A stretch of 64,000 nt of DNA from positions 1 to 64,000 of the IMG/VR virus record IMGVR_UViG_3300044796_000662; one strand, written 5' to 3'. Shown one piece after another: positions 36,848 to 46,909 of the stretch (position 1 is the stretch's first letter; the number at the start of each line of letters is the position of its first letter). The notes under the pieces are model-generated. The model worked only from the letters and a program-made list of their open reading frames with translations. It did not search any database and was not told the origin of the DNA. A program made the translations under genes and the position numbers.

Positions 36848-37824
36848 CCTTCGTCGTCGTCTCGAAGGTGATCCCAAGCACTCGGCTTGCTCGCGTACTC
36901 GGTTGCGCGAGCAAGAGCCGAAGGGCGAACCTCGACAGGAGCGGGACGTCCGGCCGCCTGACGTTCGGCCACCTGCTCACGGAAGCTCGGGGGAAGGCGG
37001 CTCTGCGCGATCTGTCGGGCTTCTTCCCGAGACATCATCTGACGCGCTGGACGAGGAGCCTCGGTCACGACCGGGTAGCGCCCCGCCTGTCCGACCTGGA
37101 TACGAGGTCCCCCGATGGGGGCACGCTGCGGGGGACGGTACCCCGCCAGCTCGGCATCCATCTCGTTGTCGAAGCTGATCTCGTTGTTCGAGGCCATGCG
37201 AGACATGCCCATGGCCGCCATGACCTGGCGCTCCTCGGCTGCTTCCTGCGCCCAGATCGAGTCGAGGTTACCACTGGACGATCCGTAGCTCGGGTCGAGC
37301 AGCTCTTCGGCACCCTCTGTGTTCCAGAGTCCCTGAAGCGACTCGACCGCGAGGCCGCCACCCTGCGAGGCAACGCGAGAGGTGCCGGGCGTCGGATCCG
37401 CAAGCATCTGCTCGATGTCCGCGTCAATGGACGCCGAGTTGCCCCAGAAGTCCATGTCGATCTCGAACTGACCCCGTGCCGGCTGCCGCGGTGCAGGCGC
37501 ACTGGCCATGCGCTGTTGGACCGGAGCAGGTCGCTGCGGAGGAAGCGCGATGCGTTGCTGTTGCTGGACCGGGGCTGGCCTCTGCACGGGCGCCAGCGGG
37601 TTGTTGACCCGAAGGCCACCCTGGACGGGTCGAGGCGCTACAGGGGCGGCAGGGGGCAGACCCGCTGCCTGCCGGATGGTCATGGGCTGTGGCCGCTTCG
37701 GCGCACGGCTTGCCGCGAGCAGTTGCTTCAACTGGCCCTCGGGGCAACCGCAAGCGCCGGGCACACCATCCACATCGTAAACGGCGGCAGTACAGGTACG
37801 GCAGTAGTCGATCTGGACAGGCAT
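36844..37824 (-). CDS. Pro/Gln/Ala-rich protein with C-terminal SAWDHLRDDDEG tag
   Basis: Low-complexity ORF. Confidence 0.7.
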   Translation of the reverse strand: MPVQIDYCRTCTAAVYDVDGVPGACGCPEGQLKQLLAASRAPKRPQPMTIRQAAGLPPAAPVAPRPVQGGLRVNNPLAPVQRPAPVQQQQRIALPPQRPAPVQQRMASAPAPRQPARGQFEIDMDFWGNSASIDADIEQMLADPTPGTSRVASQGGGLAVESLQGLWNTEGAEELLDPSYGSSSGNLDSIWAQEAAEERQVMAAMGMSRMASNNEISFDNEMDAELAGYRPPQRAPIGGPRIQVGQAGRYPVVTEAPRPARQMMSREEARQIAQSRLPPSFREQVAERQAAGRPAPVEVRPSALARATEYASKPSAWDHLRDDDEG

Positions 37825-37902
37825 AACAGTTCCCTCTAAGGAGGGTTGATAAGCGGTTTCGTCGGTGTAAAGGGGCTACATGCGCACCCCCAAGAGGAGC
37901 TG

Positions 37903-38193
37903 ATGGACGAGACCAGGGCGCCGCCGCTCTCGGATCCCCGTTGGAAGGAGTGGTCGCAACCGCTTCTCGACTTCCTCCAGACCCCTCGGAACTGGAAGCA
38001 GCTCAACGCGTGGTGCCGCGAGACGAAGTTCAACGGGGCCAAGCTGCGCCACTGCTTGGCGTGGTTGGAGACGTTCGGGCACATCTACTCTCTCGACCAG
38101 GAAGGCGTCCTCTTTTGGGTCGCCTCGGTCATCCGTGTCGGAGAGGTGACCAGCGAATTCGGGCCGCCGGGTGAACCTTCTATGCAAAACTGA
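37903..38193 (+). CDS. hypothetical (winged-helix-like) protein
   Basis: GAGGAG RBS. Confidence 0.6.
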   Translation: MDETRAPPLSDPRWKEWSQPLLDFLQTPRNWKQLNAWCRETKFNGAKLRHCLAWLETFGHIYSLDQEGVLFWVASVIRVGEVTSEFGPPGEPSMQN

Positions 38194-38197
38194 GAGC

Positions 38198-39370
38198 GTG
38201 AGCTACCGCGTAGCCCTCCGTTTTCTACTCGCTCGGGCGCAACTCGCCCCGGCGCTTGACCAGGTCGAGCACCTCGTCAAGGCGCAGAAGTGGCGCGAGG
38301 CTCTCGATGCCATCCGGGAGTTCGGCAAGACCCTCGGAGTGTTCTTCACGGGCGACAGCTACCGAGTCAGCACCGAGTGGTTCAGCGGTCTTGACCGCGA
38401 GGACAAGGACATGTTCCTGTCCTTCGTGAAGATCCTGCACAACCTGTTCGAGATGGTCCACCCGTTCTCGGTCAACGCTCCGTGGGCCAAGGAAGACGAC
38501 CGCTGGTACGCGTGGGTTGAGTCTCTTCGTCGGGACCTGCCGCAGGTGCAGGATCTCATGCGTGACGAGAGCGATGCCTTCAAGCACGGCAAGTTCCAGA
38601 TCCTCCCGCTGAAGGGAGTGACGAACACGGACGAAGCCGTCAAGACACTCGATGAGGCATCGGGCCACATCCAGAGCAAGTTTCCGCAGGTGCTCTACGG
38701 CAAGGTCTACATCCGCAAGGACCTGCATCCCAAGGGCAGCTACGAGGCGCGACCTGGGGCGGCGAGCGGCGGTCAGGTCGCGGGCGCGTACCAGGGCACT
38801 ACGGACACGATCACGTTGAGCATGTACGCGACGCCCGAGCGCAACAGCGTCATGACCCTCATCCACGAGTTCGGGCACCGCTACCACACACGCTTCTTGC
38901 ACGGCGACTTGCGGGAGAAGTTCATCCAGCTCTCGACCGTGGGCGACATCGTGGAAGAGCACTTCTCGCTGTCCGAGCGTGAGAAGTTCGCCGACGAGTA
39001 CATCGCCCGCAAGAAGGGCTTCCGGGATGACGAGAGCTTCGGGATGGACGGTCCCGTGCACCTGTCACCGCGGGCCGACTTCTTCTTCGACAACTTCCCG
39101 CGCGACGAGTTCAAGGCGCAGGTCATCCCTATCATGCGCAAGTTCGACGACGGGGACGACTCGGTTATCCCAGCCTTTAGGAAGGCCCTCGCGCGGTCGC
39201 AGTTCGGCGGCAACCTCGGGGTCGTCAAGGACCCCGATAACGTCAAGCCGGTCTACGCGTCCACCTACGGTGAGACCTCGTGGGAAGAGAACTTCGCCGA
39301 GAGCTTCCTTGCCTTCTGCATGCACAAGGTGCTGCCCGAGCCTCTTCAGCGTTTCATGGAGTCGCTCTGA
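38198..39370 (+). CDS. zincin-like metallopeptidase domain protein (RVAxRF class)
   Basis: 'TLIHEFGHRY', 'STYG....EENFAESF'. N-terminal 'YRVALRFL'. Confidence 0.78.
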   Translation: MSYRVALRFLLARAQLAPALDQVEHLVKAQKWREALDAIREFGKTLGVFFTGDSYRVSTEWFSGLDREDKDMFLSFVKILHNLFEMVHPFSVNAPWAKEDDRWYAWVESLRRDLPQVQDLMRDESDAFKHGKFQILPLKGVTNTDEAVKTLDEASGHIQSKFPQVLYGKVYIRKDLHPKGSYEARPGAASGGQVAGAYQGTTDTITLSMYATPERNSVMTLIHEFGHRYHTRFLHGDLREKFIQLSTVGDIVEEHFSLSEREKFADEYIARKKGFRDDESFGMDGPVHLSPRADFFFDNFPRDEFKAQVIPIMRKFDDGDDSVIPAFRKALARSQFGGNLGVVKDPDNVKPVYASTYGETSWEENFAESFLAFCMHKVLPEPLQRFMESL

Positions 39371-40373
39371 GGGTACCCGGCAAGGGCTGGGGCTTCCAAC
39401 CGACGAGGCGATGGTTCAGATCCTTGATCCAGTCCTCGTAGTTCCGGATCTTCTGCTCGCGTCCCTCGGCGTCGAGTGGGATCTGCTCCTTCCTGCGGGT
39501 CAAAAGTTCGATGAACGACTTGGTGCCCTCGGGGCTGACCTCGAAAGGCACAAGGCCGGTACCGAAGCACGGACCTGAGTGCCAGCTCTGGTTCCAGACA
39601 CCCTTCTGTCGGTCGCCGCCTACCTGCCAGCCGTGCCGCATGAGGACGCCGCCCCCGACGAGCTTCACGTTCTTGAAGCAGCACGGGCAGGTGCCTGTGT
39701 TCTCGATGTCACGCACGGTGGACGGGCGCAAAGCGCGGTCCACGACTTCGGCGCCGACCGAGGAGAGCACTTGCGCGGCGCTTTCCTTCAAGCCGTTCTT
39801 GTAGAGGAAGGTCCAGAGCCTAGCTTGAGGCAGCTCACCGTGCGCATCCGGGGCGAACTGCAACACCTGTCCCGCCGCCGCGAGCGTCCAACCTTCCTTG
39901 CCGATCCACGCCTTCTTCATCGCGATCGTCCACTTGTGGCCAGCGCCAGAAGGGACTGGTTCCTCGTGAGGGGCCTTGCTGAGGCCCGAGACGTAGACGA
40001 TGCCAGGCTCGGGATTGCTCGGCTCGGAGGAGACCTCCGTGAACTTGTGGCGCGTGTCGTGGAGAAGCTGCTTGGCGACGTCCTCGGACATGAGCCAGAG
40101 GCGATCGTTGTAGACGTGGCTGTTGCGGAAGATGTCGGGCGAGGTGAAGGGAGCCTTCTCCCAAAAGTCGTCTTGGGAGAGCTTGACCGCGATGGGGTGG
40201 GCGGTGAGGGTCCAACCGAGGAGCGGTGCGACCTCGGAGATGACCTCCAACGAGAGCCCAGTGCCCTTGATACCCTTGGCGGCCTTGGTCAGAAAGGCGA
40301 GCGCCTCACGACTGAGGCTGGAAGCCTGGCGGTCGAGGAAACGTGAGAGCACCCTGTCGGAGATGGGGGTCAC
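39354..40373 (-). CDS. hypothetical protein (RVxxRF class) with zinc-ribbon C-terminus
   Basis: 'SDRVLSRFL', 'NTGTCPCCF...MRHGW...CFG...P.E.S'. Confidence 0.72.
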   Translation of the reverse strand: MTPISDRVLSRFLDRQASSLSREALAFLTKAAKGIKGTGLSLEVISEVAPLLGWTLTAHPIAVKLSQDDFWEKAPFTSPDIFRNSHVYNDRLWLMSEDVAKQLLHDTRHKFTEVSSEPSNPEPGIVYVSGLSKAPHEEPVPSGAGHKWTIAMKKAWIGKEGWTLAAAGQVLQFAPDAHGELPQARLWTFLYKNGLKESAAQVLSSVGAEVVDRALRPSTVRDIENTGTCPCCFKNVKLVGGGVLMRHGWQVGGDRQKGVWNQSWHSGPCFGTGLVPFEVSPEGTKSFIELLTRRKEQIPLDAEGREQKIRNYEDWIKDLNHRLVGWKPQPLPGTLRATP

Positions 40374-40404
40374 GTTCTGAGGGTACTACAAGAGAATCCG
40401 TGTG

Positions 40405-41856
40405 TCACCGGCTCTGGGAGAACTGCTTCAAGTGCTCGGGAAGCTCCGGTTTTTCGGCCACGCCTCCGGACATGATCTTCTCGAAGCGCTCCGTGATCTT
40501 GGGGTCCCAAGTCGTGTGCGCGGATGTGATGCCGAAGTTCGTCAACGCGAACAACTCCGCGAACTGCTCCGAGAGTGCTCCGAAGCCATCCTTGGCGCTG
40601 TACGGAGTCGTGTTCCACTCAGACCGGGCGAAGTCCACGGGGACGTGATGCTTGTGGTCGTAGCGGTGCCCCAGCTCGTGGACGATGATGTACTCGAAGC
40701 TACCGTACGACTTGCCCGAACGCGAAAGCACAGCAGGGGTTGCGCGAACGAGCAACGTGTCCGAGTCCGACTTGTACTTGCCGCTTGCGTGCGAGCCGCC
40801 GAAGTCCGCAGGGCTCGCGAGGACTACCTTGAGGCCGCCCGTGAGGGCTCCCTTGCGCCAGCCCTTCAAGTCCTTGAAGATCGCATCGAGGCGTCCAGCG
40901 TACAGGGCGAGCTTCTTCTCGTCGAAGCCGACGCTGTTGATGAAGACGTTGCCGTCGAGCTTCAGTTCTTTCGGAACGACCTTGCCGCCCTCGGAAGAGA
41001 AGTAGCGCGTGAGGGCGTCGAGCTGCGGTTCGATCTTCGACCATGCAGCCTCAATGGTGTCCCGAACACCCTTCTCTCGCTCGGGCGTGGCCATGTCGTG
41101 CATGTTGATGCCGGACTTGAGCCACCAGTGCAGCTTGAGCATCTCCTCCTTGAGCGCCTTCTGACCCTTCGGAGTCTTGGACGAGAGGATGGCGAAGTTG
41201 TCGGTCATCCAGTCCGCGATCTCAGTGCCTTTGGCTACCTGCAACGGGGAGTCCGCGAACAGTTCCTTCATCTTGCGCTGGAAGTCGTTGGCAAGAGAGG
41301 CGGTCACATAGCTTCGTGCCGCAACGCGCAGGGACAACGTCTCGTCTTCCTGCTCCGCCTCCAGGGGCAGCTTGACCACGATACGGTTCGCCCCCTTGTC
41401 GCCGCCCCAGACCACGATCTCATCGACGGTCCAGGTGACGGGGTCGATGGGTTGGTCAGCCGGCTGAGGTCCGCTGTCCTCGTACGCAAGGGTCACGTGC
41501 GGGCGGTACTCCGGGTACTTCTTGCTGTACTCAATGCCGGCGGCGTCGAAGGCAGCGCAGAGGTTCTTGCGGAACTCGTGCAGCGCCGGGGACTCGATGA
41601 GGGCGACGATAGGCACACCATCGTCCCCGGACTTGAAGGACGAGATGACCTTCGTGCTCACCTGGAACGGAGCTGTCCTACGAGCCGTGACGTATGCCAC
41701 GATGGCCGCCTGCGCCACCTGTTCGATGGGCACGTCCTTGCCAAGGTGGTGGATCGTGACGTGGTGGTGGTCCTCAGGCTCTAGCTTGCCTGGCACCTCG
41801 TACTGACCGAGGACATCACTGACCTCGGTAGGAACCTTGAGCCCGATGAACGCCAC
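40405..41856 (-). CDS. Acb1-like 2H phosphoesterase fused to zincin-like metallopeptidase
   Basis: Two HxT motifs, 'HHVTI' and 'YRPHVTLAY'. Linker 'LRVAARSY'. 'IVHELGHRY...EQFAELF'. Confidence 0.8.
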   Translation of the reverse strand: MAFIGLKVPTEVSDVLGQYEVPGKLEPEDHHHVTIHHLGKDVPIEQVAQAAIVAYVTARRTAPFQVSTKVISSFKSGDDGVPIVALIESPALHEFRKNLCAAFDAAGIEYSKKYPEYRPHVTLAYEDSGPQPADQPIDPVTWTVDEIVVWGGDKGANRIVVKLPLEAEQEDETLSLRVAARSYVTASLANDFQRKMKELFADSPLQVAKGTEIADWMTDNFAILSSKTPKGQKALKEEMLKLHWWLKSGINMHDMATPEREKGVRDTIEAAWSKIEPQLDALTRYFSSEGGKVVPKELKLDGNVFINSVGFDEKKLALYAGRLDAIFKDLKGWRKGALTGGLKVVLASPADFGGSHASGKYKSDSDTLLVRATPAVLSRSGKSYGSFEYIIVHELGHRYDHKHHVPVDFARSEWNTTPYSAKDGFGALSEQFAELFALTNFGITSAHTTWDPKITERFEKIMSGGVAEKPELPEHLKQFSQSR

Positions 41857-41989
41857 GCTCCTACCGGCACACAAGAAGGCTAGTAGCGGCGGCCTCCACG
41901 GCATACGCCACGGATGTAGCTGGGATTTTACGGGACATGCTGGACCCCCAATACACCGGGCCAGGATTTCCTTTTACCCCCACTGGGCT

Positions 41990-42241
41990 GTGGAAGCACT
42001 GACTCGACTCTGTGAAGCTGTACGAACGCTCTCCCCTCAGGGAGAAGTGCGGTTCAGGGGTGTCCCTGATCGCGAAGACTATTGGGTGTGCAACGTGTGG
42101 GTCAGCGACGTGATCCTGTTTCAGTCGGCCGCCGGCCCGTTGGACGAGGTCATCGACCAGGTTCTCTCGAAGATTAAGGCCATGTCGCAGCGGGCTCTTC
42201 GTATTCTGGGACCTGACGGCAACCCACCCGACACGGTGTAA
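41990..42241 (+). CDS. hypothetical protein
   Basis: ORF. Start uncertain. Confidence 0.5.
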   Translation: MEALTRLCEAVRTLSPQGEVRFRGVPDREDYWVCNVWVSDVILFQSAAGPLDEVIDQVLSKIKAMSQRALRILGPDGNPPDTV

Positions 42242-42253
42242 GATCCGGCGCCG

Positions 42254-42589
42254 ATGGCGCCAACCGATCCTCCGGAACCGTTCATCATCATCCATGGCCG
42301 CCGTTCAGGCATGAGCGCCATGAGTGCCCTGATCAATGGCGCGCTGCGCGAGTTCACAGACGCGTTGAGCCTCGGCCCGTGGTGGAACGAGTCGTTCAGC
42401 TCGAATGAGATCCGTGTCCTTCACAAGGTCTTGCAACCACCCGCCAAGCACAAGAAGAAGCCGAAGAGGCGTCGTAGACGCAACAACCCGCGACCGAATC
42501 GCCGGCGCAAGGCACAGAAGCTACGCGCTGCGAAACAGCGCCCGACGTGGTATCAACACATCACAGATGGGGATGAAGGCCATGAGTGA
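42254..42589 (+). CDS. basic hypothetical protein with degenerate acidic tail tag
   Basis: ATG 13 nt after CGGTGTA. Ends TWYQHITDGDEGHE. Confidence 0.6.
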   Translation: MAPTDPPEPFIIIHGRRSGMSAMSALINGALREFTDALSLGPWWNESFSSNEIRVLHKVLQPPAKHKKKPKRRRRRNNPRPNRRRKAQKLRAAKQRPTWYQHITDGDEGHE

Positions 42590-43025
42590 CGACGACCAGA
42601 GACTTCCAGAAGGACGACCGGGTGAACTGGTCATCGGCACATCACCTGAGCGCATCCTCGTCCGCATCGCTGCCGATGGCACGTTGACCTACGGCCCCGA
42701 GTACACGCCCGACGAAGCCGCACAGGTCTTCTGGCAGGCTCTCGCTCGTCAGCGTGAGGGCGGCGAGGAGAAGATGGTGCTGCTCGCCCACGTCGAGAAG
42801 CTACTTGCACGCATCGGGGAGCAAGACTTGCGGACCGAGACGGCTCGGATGCAGGCCAGCGAGACCAAGAGCGCGCACGACGAGTTCCAGGCAGAACGCG
42901 CCACGGGCCAGCTCGAAGTTCTCGTACACGAGCTGATCGAACTGGCCCGTGGCATCGCCCTTCGTGACCGGGACAATGCCAAGGCTGCACCGCCCAAGGG
43001 CGCTCCACCGAGCACCCTGAACTAG
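42582..43025 (+). CDS. hypothetical protein
   Basis: ORF. Confidence 0.65.
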   Translation: MSDDDQRLPEGRPGELVIGTSPERILVRIAADGTLTYGPEYTPDEAAQVFWQALARQREGGEEKMVLLAHVEKLLARIGEQDLRTETARMQASETKSAHDEFQAERATGQLEVLVHELIELARGIALRDRDNAKAAPPKGAPPSTLN

Positions 43026-43486
43026 TATTCGTCGTCGCCCATAAGGCGCCGCCAGGCCGTGAGGATGATGCCCTCCTTGAGCCTGGCCTTCGCGTGCTTG
43101 ATGACGCGTTCGCAAGTCTTGACGTCGAAGCGGCCGATGTGCGCGGTCTCCTTCGTCATCCCGAGCTTCTGTGCGAGCCACTTGTAGGCGTCGTCCCGGC
43201 TCATCTTCCCGGTCTTCCAGAGCTGGTCGAAGATCTCGTGAGCGCGCATGCGGGCCTCACGTGTGAGCGTGTCCCCCGGGGTGCCCATCGGCGAACCGTC
43301 CGGGTGTGCCCCGTGTGTTCCACGGCACGTCGGGTAGCGTGCGCACCCGTAGAAGTGGCCGGTAGGCAGAGCGATGAGGCGCATCTTGGACATGCCGCAC
43401 TCGCCGCAGGTGAGGTCATCCCTTTCGCCAGGGAACCGCGGTCCGACGTCTTCGAACCCGATGTCCTCGATCATCCCGGGGAGCAT
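43022..43486 (-). CDS. topoisomerase-type C4 zinc finger/DUF3268-like protein with TAWRRLMGDDEY tag
   Basis: 'CGECG...FYGCARYPTC', 'R..AH..FD.LWK...SR..AY.WLA..LG.....HIG.FD...C'. Confidence 0.8.
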   Translation of the reverse strand: MLPGMIEDIGFEDVGPRFPGERDDLTCGECGMSKMRLIALPTGHFYGCARYPTCRGTHGAHPDGSPMGTPGDTLTREARMRAHEIFDQLWKTGKMSRDDAYKWLAQKLGMTKETAHIGRFDVKTCERVIKHAKARLKEGIILTAWRRLMGDDEY

Positions 43487-43488
43487 GG

Positions 43489-43932
43489 TCAGAGCTGCGC
43501 GGGGATCGTGACCTTGTCCGTCTTCGACGACTGGTAGACGTCCTCTGCCGTGACCCACGAGCACGGCGTTGGCGTGGGGTCGAGAACGATGGAGATGGTG
43601 TCATCGGTCTCACCCTTGACGAGCGAGAACTCGTACAGCCTGGGCTGCTTGCGACGCGTGAAGCATTGGATGCGGTAGTGGCCGTACCCGGTGAGGTCCC
43701 GCTCCCGGACGCGCATCTCGACAGCCTGGGAGCTGGTTGGCGTGCGGATGGTCGTGCGTTGTGTGGCCGAAGCAGCGATGGGGATGGCCACCGGCTTGTC
43801 GTCGGTGCCGTTCGCACGGAAGATCACGAGATCTTCCTCGTCGGCGGTTGTCATGGTCTCGATGCGCACGAAGCCTTCGCCGTCGATCGTCTCGACCTCC
43901 GGCGCATCATCGGTGAGGGTCATACGGATCAT
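43489..43932 (-). CDS. hypothetical protein
   Basis: ATG 10 nt after CGGTGTA. Confidence 0.65.
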   Translation of the reverse strand: MIRMTLTDDAPEVETIDGEGFVRIETMTTADEEDLVIFRANGTDDKPVAIPIAASATQRTTIRTPTSSQAVEMRVRERDLTGYGHYRIQCFTRRKQPRLYEFSLVKGETDDTISIVLDPTPTPCSWVTAEDVYQSSKTDKVTIPAQL

Positions 43933-43960
43933 GTCCGGCAATTACACCGAACAGCGTCCC

Positions 43961-44944
43961 TCAGGCGTCGTTCTCCGCCGTCCAGGCCAGGCCGTCCTCG
44001 ACACGCGAGGCGAGCTTGGGGTGGTGCTCCCGGAGCAGAGCCCTGTTCCTGGCCGTGTCAGCGAAGCCGACCAGAACTCCGACCGGACAACCGCCCGGCA
44101 CCTTGATCCACCGCTCGACGGCATCGACGAAGTGGTTGAGCCCTCGAAGGAGCTTCTGGCGCTGCGGGTGTTCGAGCGCCCGCTCCAGGCTGTCAAAGGT
44201 GAGGACGATGCGGTTCACGAGACTGTTCTGCGCCGCGAGCGTCATGACCATGCAGAGCATCTCGGCTTGCTGCGCGGTCGTCTCCACCTTGGTAGTCACG
44301 CCGACCGTGGCGATGAGCTTCTCTTGCGCTTCCGAAAGGGGCTTGCCTCCCGCCCAAAGAAGCGCGGCGTCGAAGACCTCCTGCGCGGGGGTGAGGTTGA
44401 CGCTGTTCTCCTTGACGCGGAACCGTGCCTCCCACAGGAGCCGGTAGAGGTCGTGAGCGAGAAAGCCTTGCTGGTCTACCATTGTGGCCAGCGGCTCCTG
44501 GATGACGAGATCCTCGACGCCGATCAGACCCCAAAGCAGCTCCCACACGCCCTTGCGTGGCGGGCACCACACGGGCAGCACATCACGGCAGTCCGCCGGG
44601 ATCGAAGCCTCGCTGAGACGGGCCGTTGCATCCTCGATCACACCGACGTCGAGCCAGTGGGTCGTGTGCGGACCGTACACGTCTTCGACCGTTCCGACGC
44701 GGAACCTCTCCCACTTGGGCGAGAGGTAGCGCTGGAAGTAGAAGCGGCGGTCTTCTCGGCTCGGTCCGGGTATGACGAACATCGGCAAGCGGTCTTCCGA
44801 ATGAAACGTGAGGGTCCAGCGAACGACGCGGTCTATTGGTAGCGAGAATGTGTCCGAGATGAAAGAGGGTCGCGTCGATGACGACGGAGACACCTCCTCG
44901 TCATCGTCCACAGGTTTTGCAGGTACTCGGGGATGGCGTTTCAC
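43961..44944 (-). CDS. hypothetical protein (possible BrxD/DUF2791-like C-terminal remnant)
   Basis: 'IVLTFDSLE...LRGLNHFVD'. No Walker A. Start uncertain. Confidence 0.5.
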   Translation of the reverse strand: MKRHPRVPAKPVDDDEEVSPSSSTRPSFISDTFSLPIDRVVRWTLTFHSEDRLPMFVIPGPSREDRRFYFQRYLSPKWERFRVGTVEDVYGPHTTHWLDVGVIEDATARLSEASIPADCRDVLPVWCPPRKGVWELLWGLIGVEDLVIQEPLATMVDQQGFLAHDLYRLLWEARFRVKENSVNLTPAQEVFDAALLWAGGKPLSEAQEKLIATVGVTTKVETTAQQAEMLCMVMTLAAQNSLVNRIVLTFDSLERALEHPQRQKLLRGLNHFVDAVERWIKVPGGCPVGVLVGFADTARNRALLREHHPKLASRVEDGLAWTAENDA

Positions 44945-45063
44945 GGGACGGCCCTTCAGACGGACCCCCAACCTTGGGGATCTACACCGAGAGCATCGCC
45001 TTTTTTGGGGGTAAACGCCAGGCACCGCATCTGAATCGGTGGTCGTCCTGGATTTTCCGGCAC

Positions 45064-45531
45064 TTACGGGACGGCGAGCAGGGCTGTCCGCATCCATTCG
45101 GGCACGGGACCCGCCTGATCGAAGCCGAAAGCCGCCCACCGATCCGGCACGTTTCGGAGCTGAAGAACACGGCTCCCCGAGACGACGCTCTGGATCAGGA
45201 GCGCGAGCATCTTCGCGCCCGCGACGCTTTTCTTCTTCTTCAGGACGCCGAACATCTTGGTCGCCGACGCCCCGACCTGCTCACCGCTCCACGCAGACAT
45301 CGACGCGGGCACGAAGAGGTAGCTCTTGACAAGCTCCTCACCCTGCTTCGCGGGAAACGTCTGCACGATCGCGAGAACGAGGGTGGCTTCGAAGAGCGCC
45401 GGATCCTTCTCCTGGAACGAGAAGCCGCGCATCGCGGGGAAGGAGCTGTAAAGGAGGCGCTGCTTCTCGTTCGGTTCTTCGCCGAGGAAGACACGGTGGA
45501 ACTTGTTGGGATCACTCACGACCAGGGACAT
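45064..45531 (-). CDS. hypothetical protein
   Basis: ORF. Confidence 0.55.
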   Translation of the reverse strand: MSLVVSDPNKFHRVFLGEEPNEKQRLLYSSFPAMRGFSFQEKDPALFEATLVLAIVQTFPAKQGEELVKSYLFVPASMSAWSGEQVGASATKMFGVLKKKKSVAGAKMLALLIQSVVSGSRVLQLRNVPDRWAAFGFDQAGPVPEWMRTALLAVP

Positions 45532-45895
45532 ACACCAGCAAGGCGCAGAAAAAAGTCCGTAGGAAGTTGGCCCGTGCGGTGTACTCCAGGTCTCATGCCC
45601 TCGCTGGGGGTTCGTCCACAAGTTTCCGGTAGTTCTCTTGTAGACGAACCCTCCAAGTCACCGAAGCGAACCCCCGCCCCATCCCCAAAGCGCATGGAAC
45701 TTCTTGCAGTCTGGCCCGAGCGTGACTATCTATCGACGATCTTGTCGAAGGTCAGCTCCCTCGTGCGGCCGGACTCTGTGTCAAATCTCCACGAAATTGC
45801 AGCACTCTGCGCCCCTCGAAGTTTGGGGGACGTGGCTGACGGACGGTCTCATTGCTCGGTTCGCCGAGACAGGACCGCCCGCTATCGGAGGCAAG

Positions 45896-46909
45896 ATGAA
45901 CCAGGTCAATCAAAGGGTCGAGGGGACACCGGCACGCAGCATTCCGCCGGCAAAGATGGGTCGAGGCCACGGCCTCACTCTCTTCGCGTCCTCTCTCGTC
46001 GTTGGCACCGCACTGGTGTTCGCTTGGGCGATTCCCGCCCGGTCGAGCATCAATCCGCCAGTGCCGGCGTCCCCCGTTCTCCAGGGAGCCACTCTCGCTT
46101 CCGTTGAGGAGAACAGGGTTCCCCCGCTGGAACTGGAAGAGCGACCCGTCGCAGACGTGAAGCTCTCGAAGTACCTCGCGGACTCCGCCCTCACGTGGGT
46201 GCAGAAGGCTCGCTCGTGGAACGAGTGGCCGGATTGCAGTGGCGTCGTGGGCACACGTGAGCACGAGCGGCTCTGCGCCAACTACGAGAAAGTGGAGCAC
46301 GAGACGACCAACGACACGCGCAAGCGCATCGAAAGCATCGCGCACGATGTCGCTACAGCGGCGACCGTCGAGTACGGTGCGTGGCCCAACGATCCGGGCA
46401 ACGCTCGGATGGCGGTGCTCGTGCTCGGGCTCGGCTTCGAGGAGACGCTCTTCCGCGGATACGTGGACGACGGCCGCTGCAATAGCAAGAGCTGGCAGTC
46501 CACGCCCGAGGGCATCAACCTCACCCGTATCGGCGGCACCTGCGACGGCACGCTCGCGCACTCGGTCTGGCAGATCCACACGGGAGACGGCATCCTGCTC
46601 TTGAACAACAAGGGCAAGGGCCAGGACTGGATGCACGTCATCGAGACGGTCCCCCAGCGAATCCTCGACGAGGATGCAAAGACCCCCATGGGGCTGCGCC
46701 AGTACGTGGACGGTGAGAACATCATCACCGACCGCCTGCTCGCCGCACGCACCGCATGGCGCATCGCCAGGCAGGCGCTCCGCATCGGGAAGTTCCAGAG
46801 CCTCTGCGCGTACACGGGCGAGTTGAACGGTGTCTGCCCCAAGGGGGACATCCGCCTCAACTTCGCGAACGGCTGGTGGCAGAACCACCCGTTCTCTCCC
46901 ACCAACTGA
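45896..46909 (+). CDS. membrane-anchored/secreted protein, possible lysozyme-like fold
   Basis: N-terminal TM. Helix ending 'FEETLF' and later 'VWQIH'. GGAGG RBS. Confidence 0.6.
   Translation: MNQVNQRVEGTPARSIPPAKMGRGHGLTLFASSLVVGTALVFAWAIPARSSINPPVPASPVLQGATLASVEENRVPPLELEERPVADVKLSKYLADSALTWVQKARSWNEWPDCSGVVGTREHERLCANYEKVEHETTNDTRKRIESIAHDVATAATVEYGAWPNDPGNARMAVLVLGLGFEETLFRGYVDDGRCNSKSWQSTPEGINLTRIGGTCDGTLAHSVWQIHTGDGILLLNNKGKGQDWMHVIETVPQRILDEDAKTPMGLRQYVDGENIITDRLLAARTAWRIARQALRIGKFQSLCAYTGELNGVCPKGDIRLNFANGWWQNHPFSPTN

Noticed and set aside
37880-37903. 7-codon minigene MRTPKRS after CGGTGTA, overlapping the next ATG
   Set aside because: Probably just the RBS-containing leader of 37903. 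No further support.
43961-44944. BREX defence system
   Set aside because: Only a weak resemblance to the BrxD C-terminus, no Walker A and no other brx genes.
45595-46107. ORF starting 11 nt after CGGTGTA at 45577
   Set aside because: Poor codon bias and it overlaps 45896-46909 in another frame. More likely a long 5' leader.
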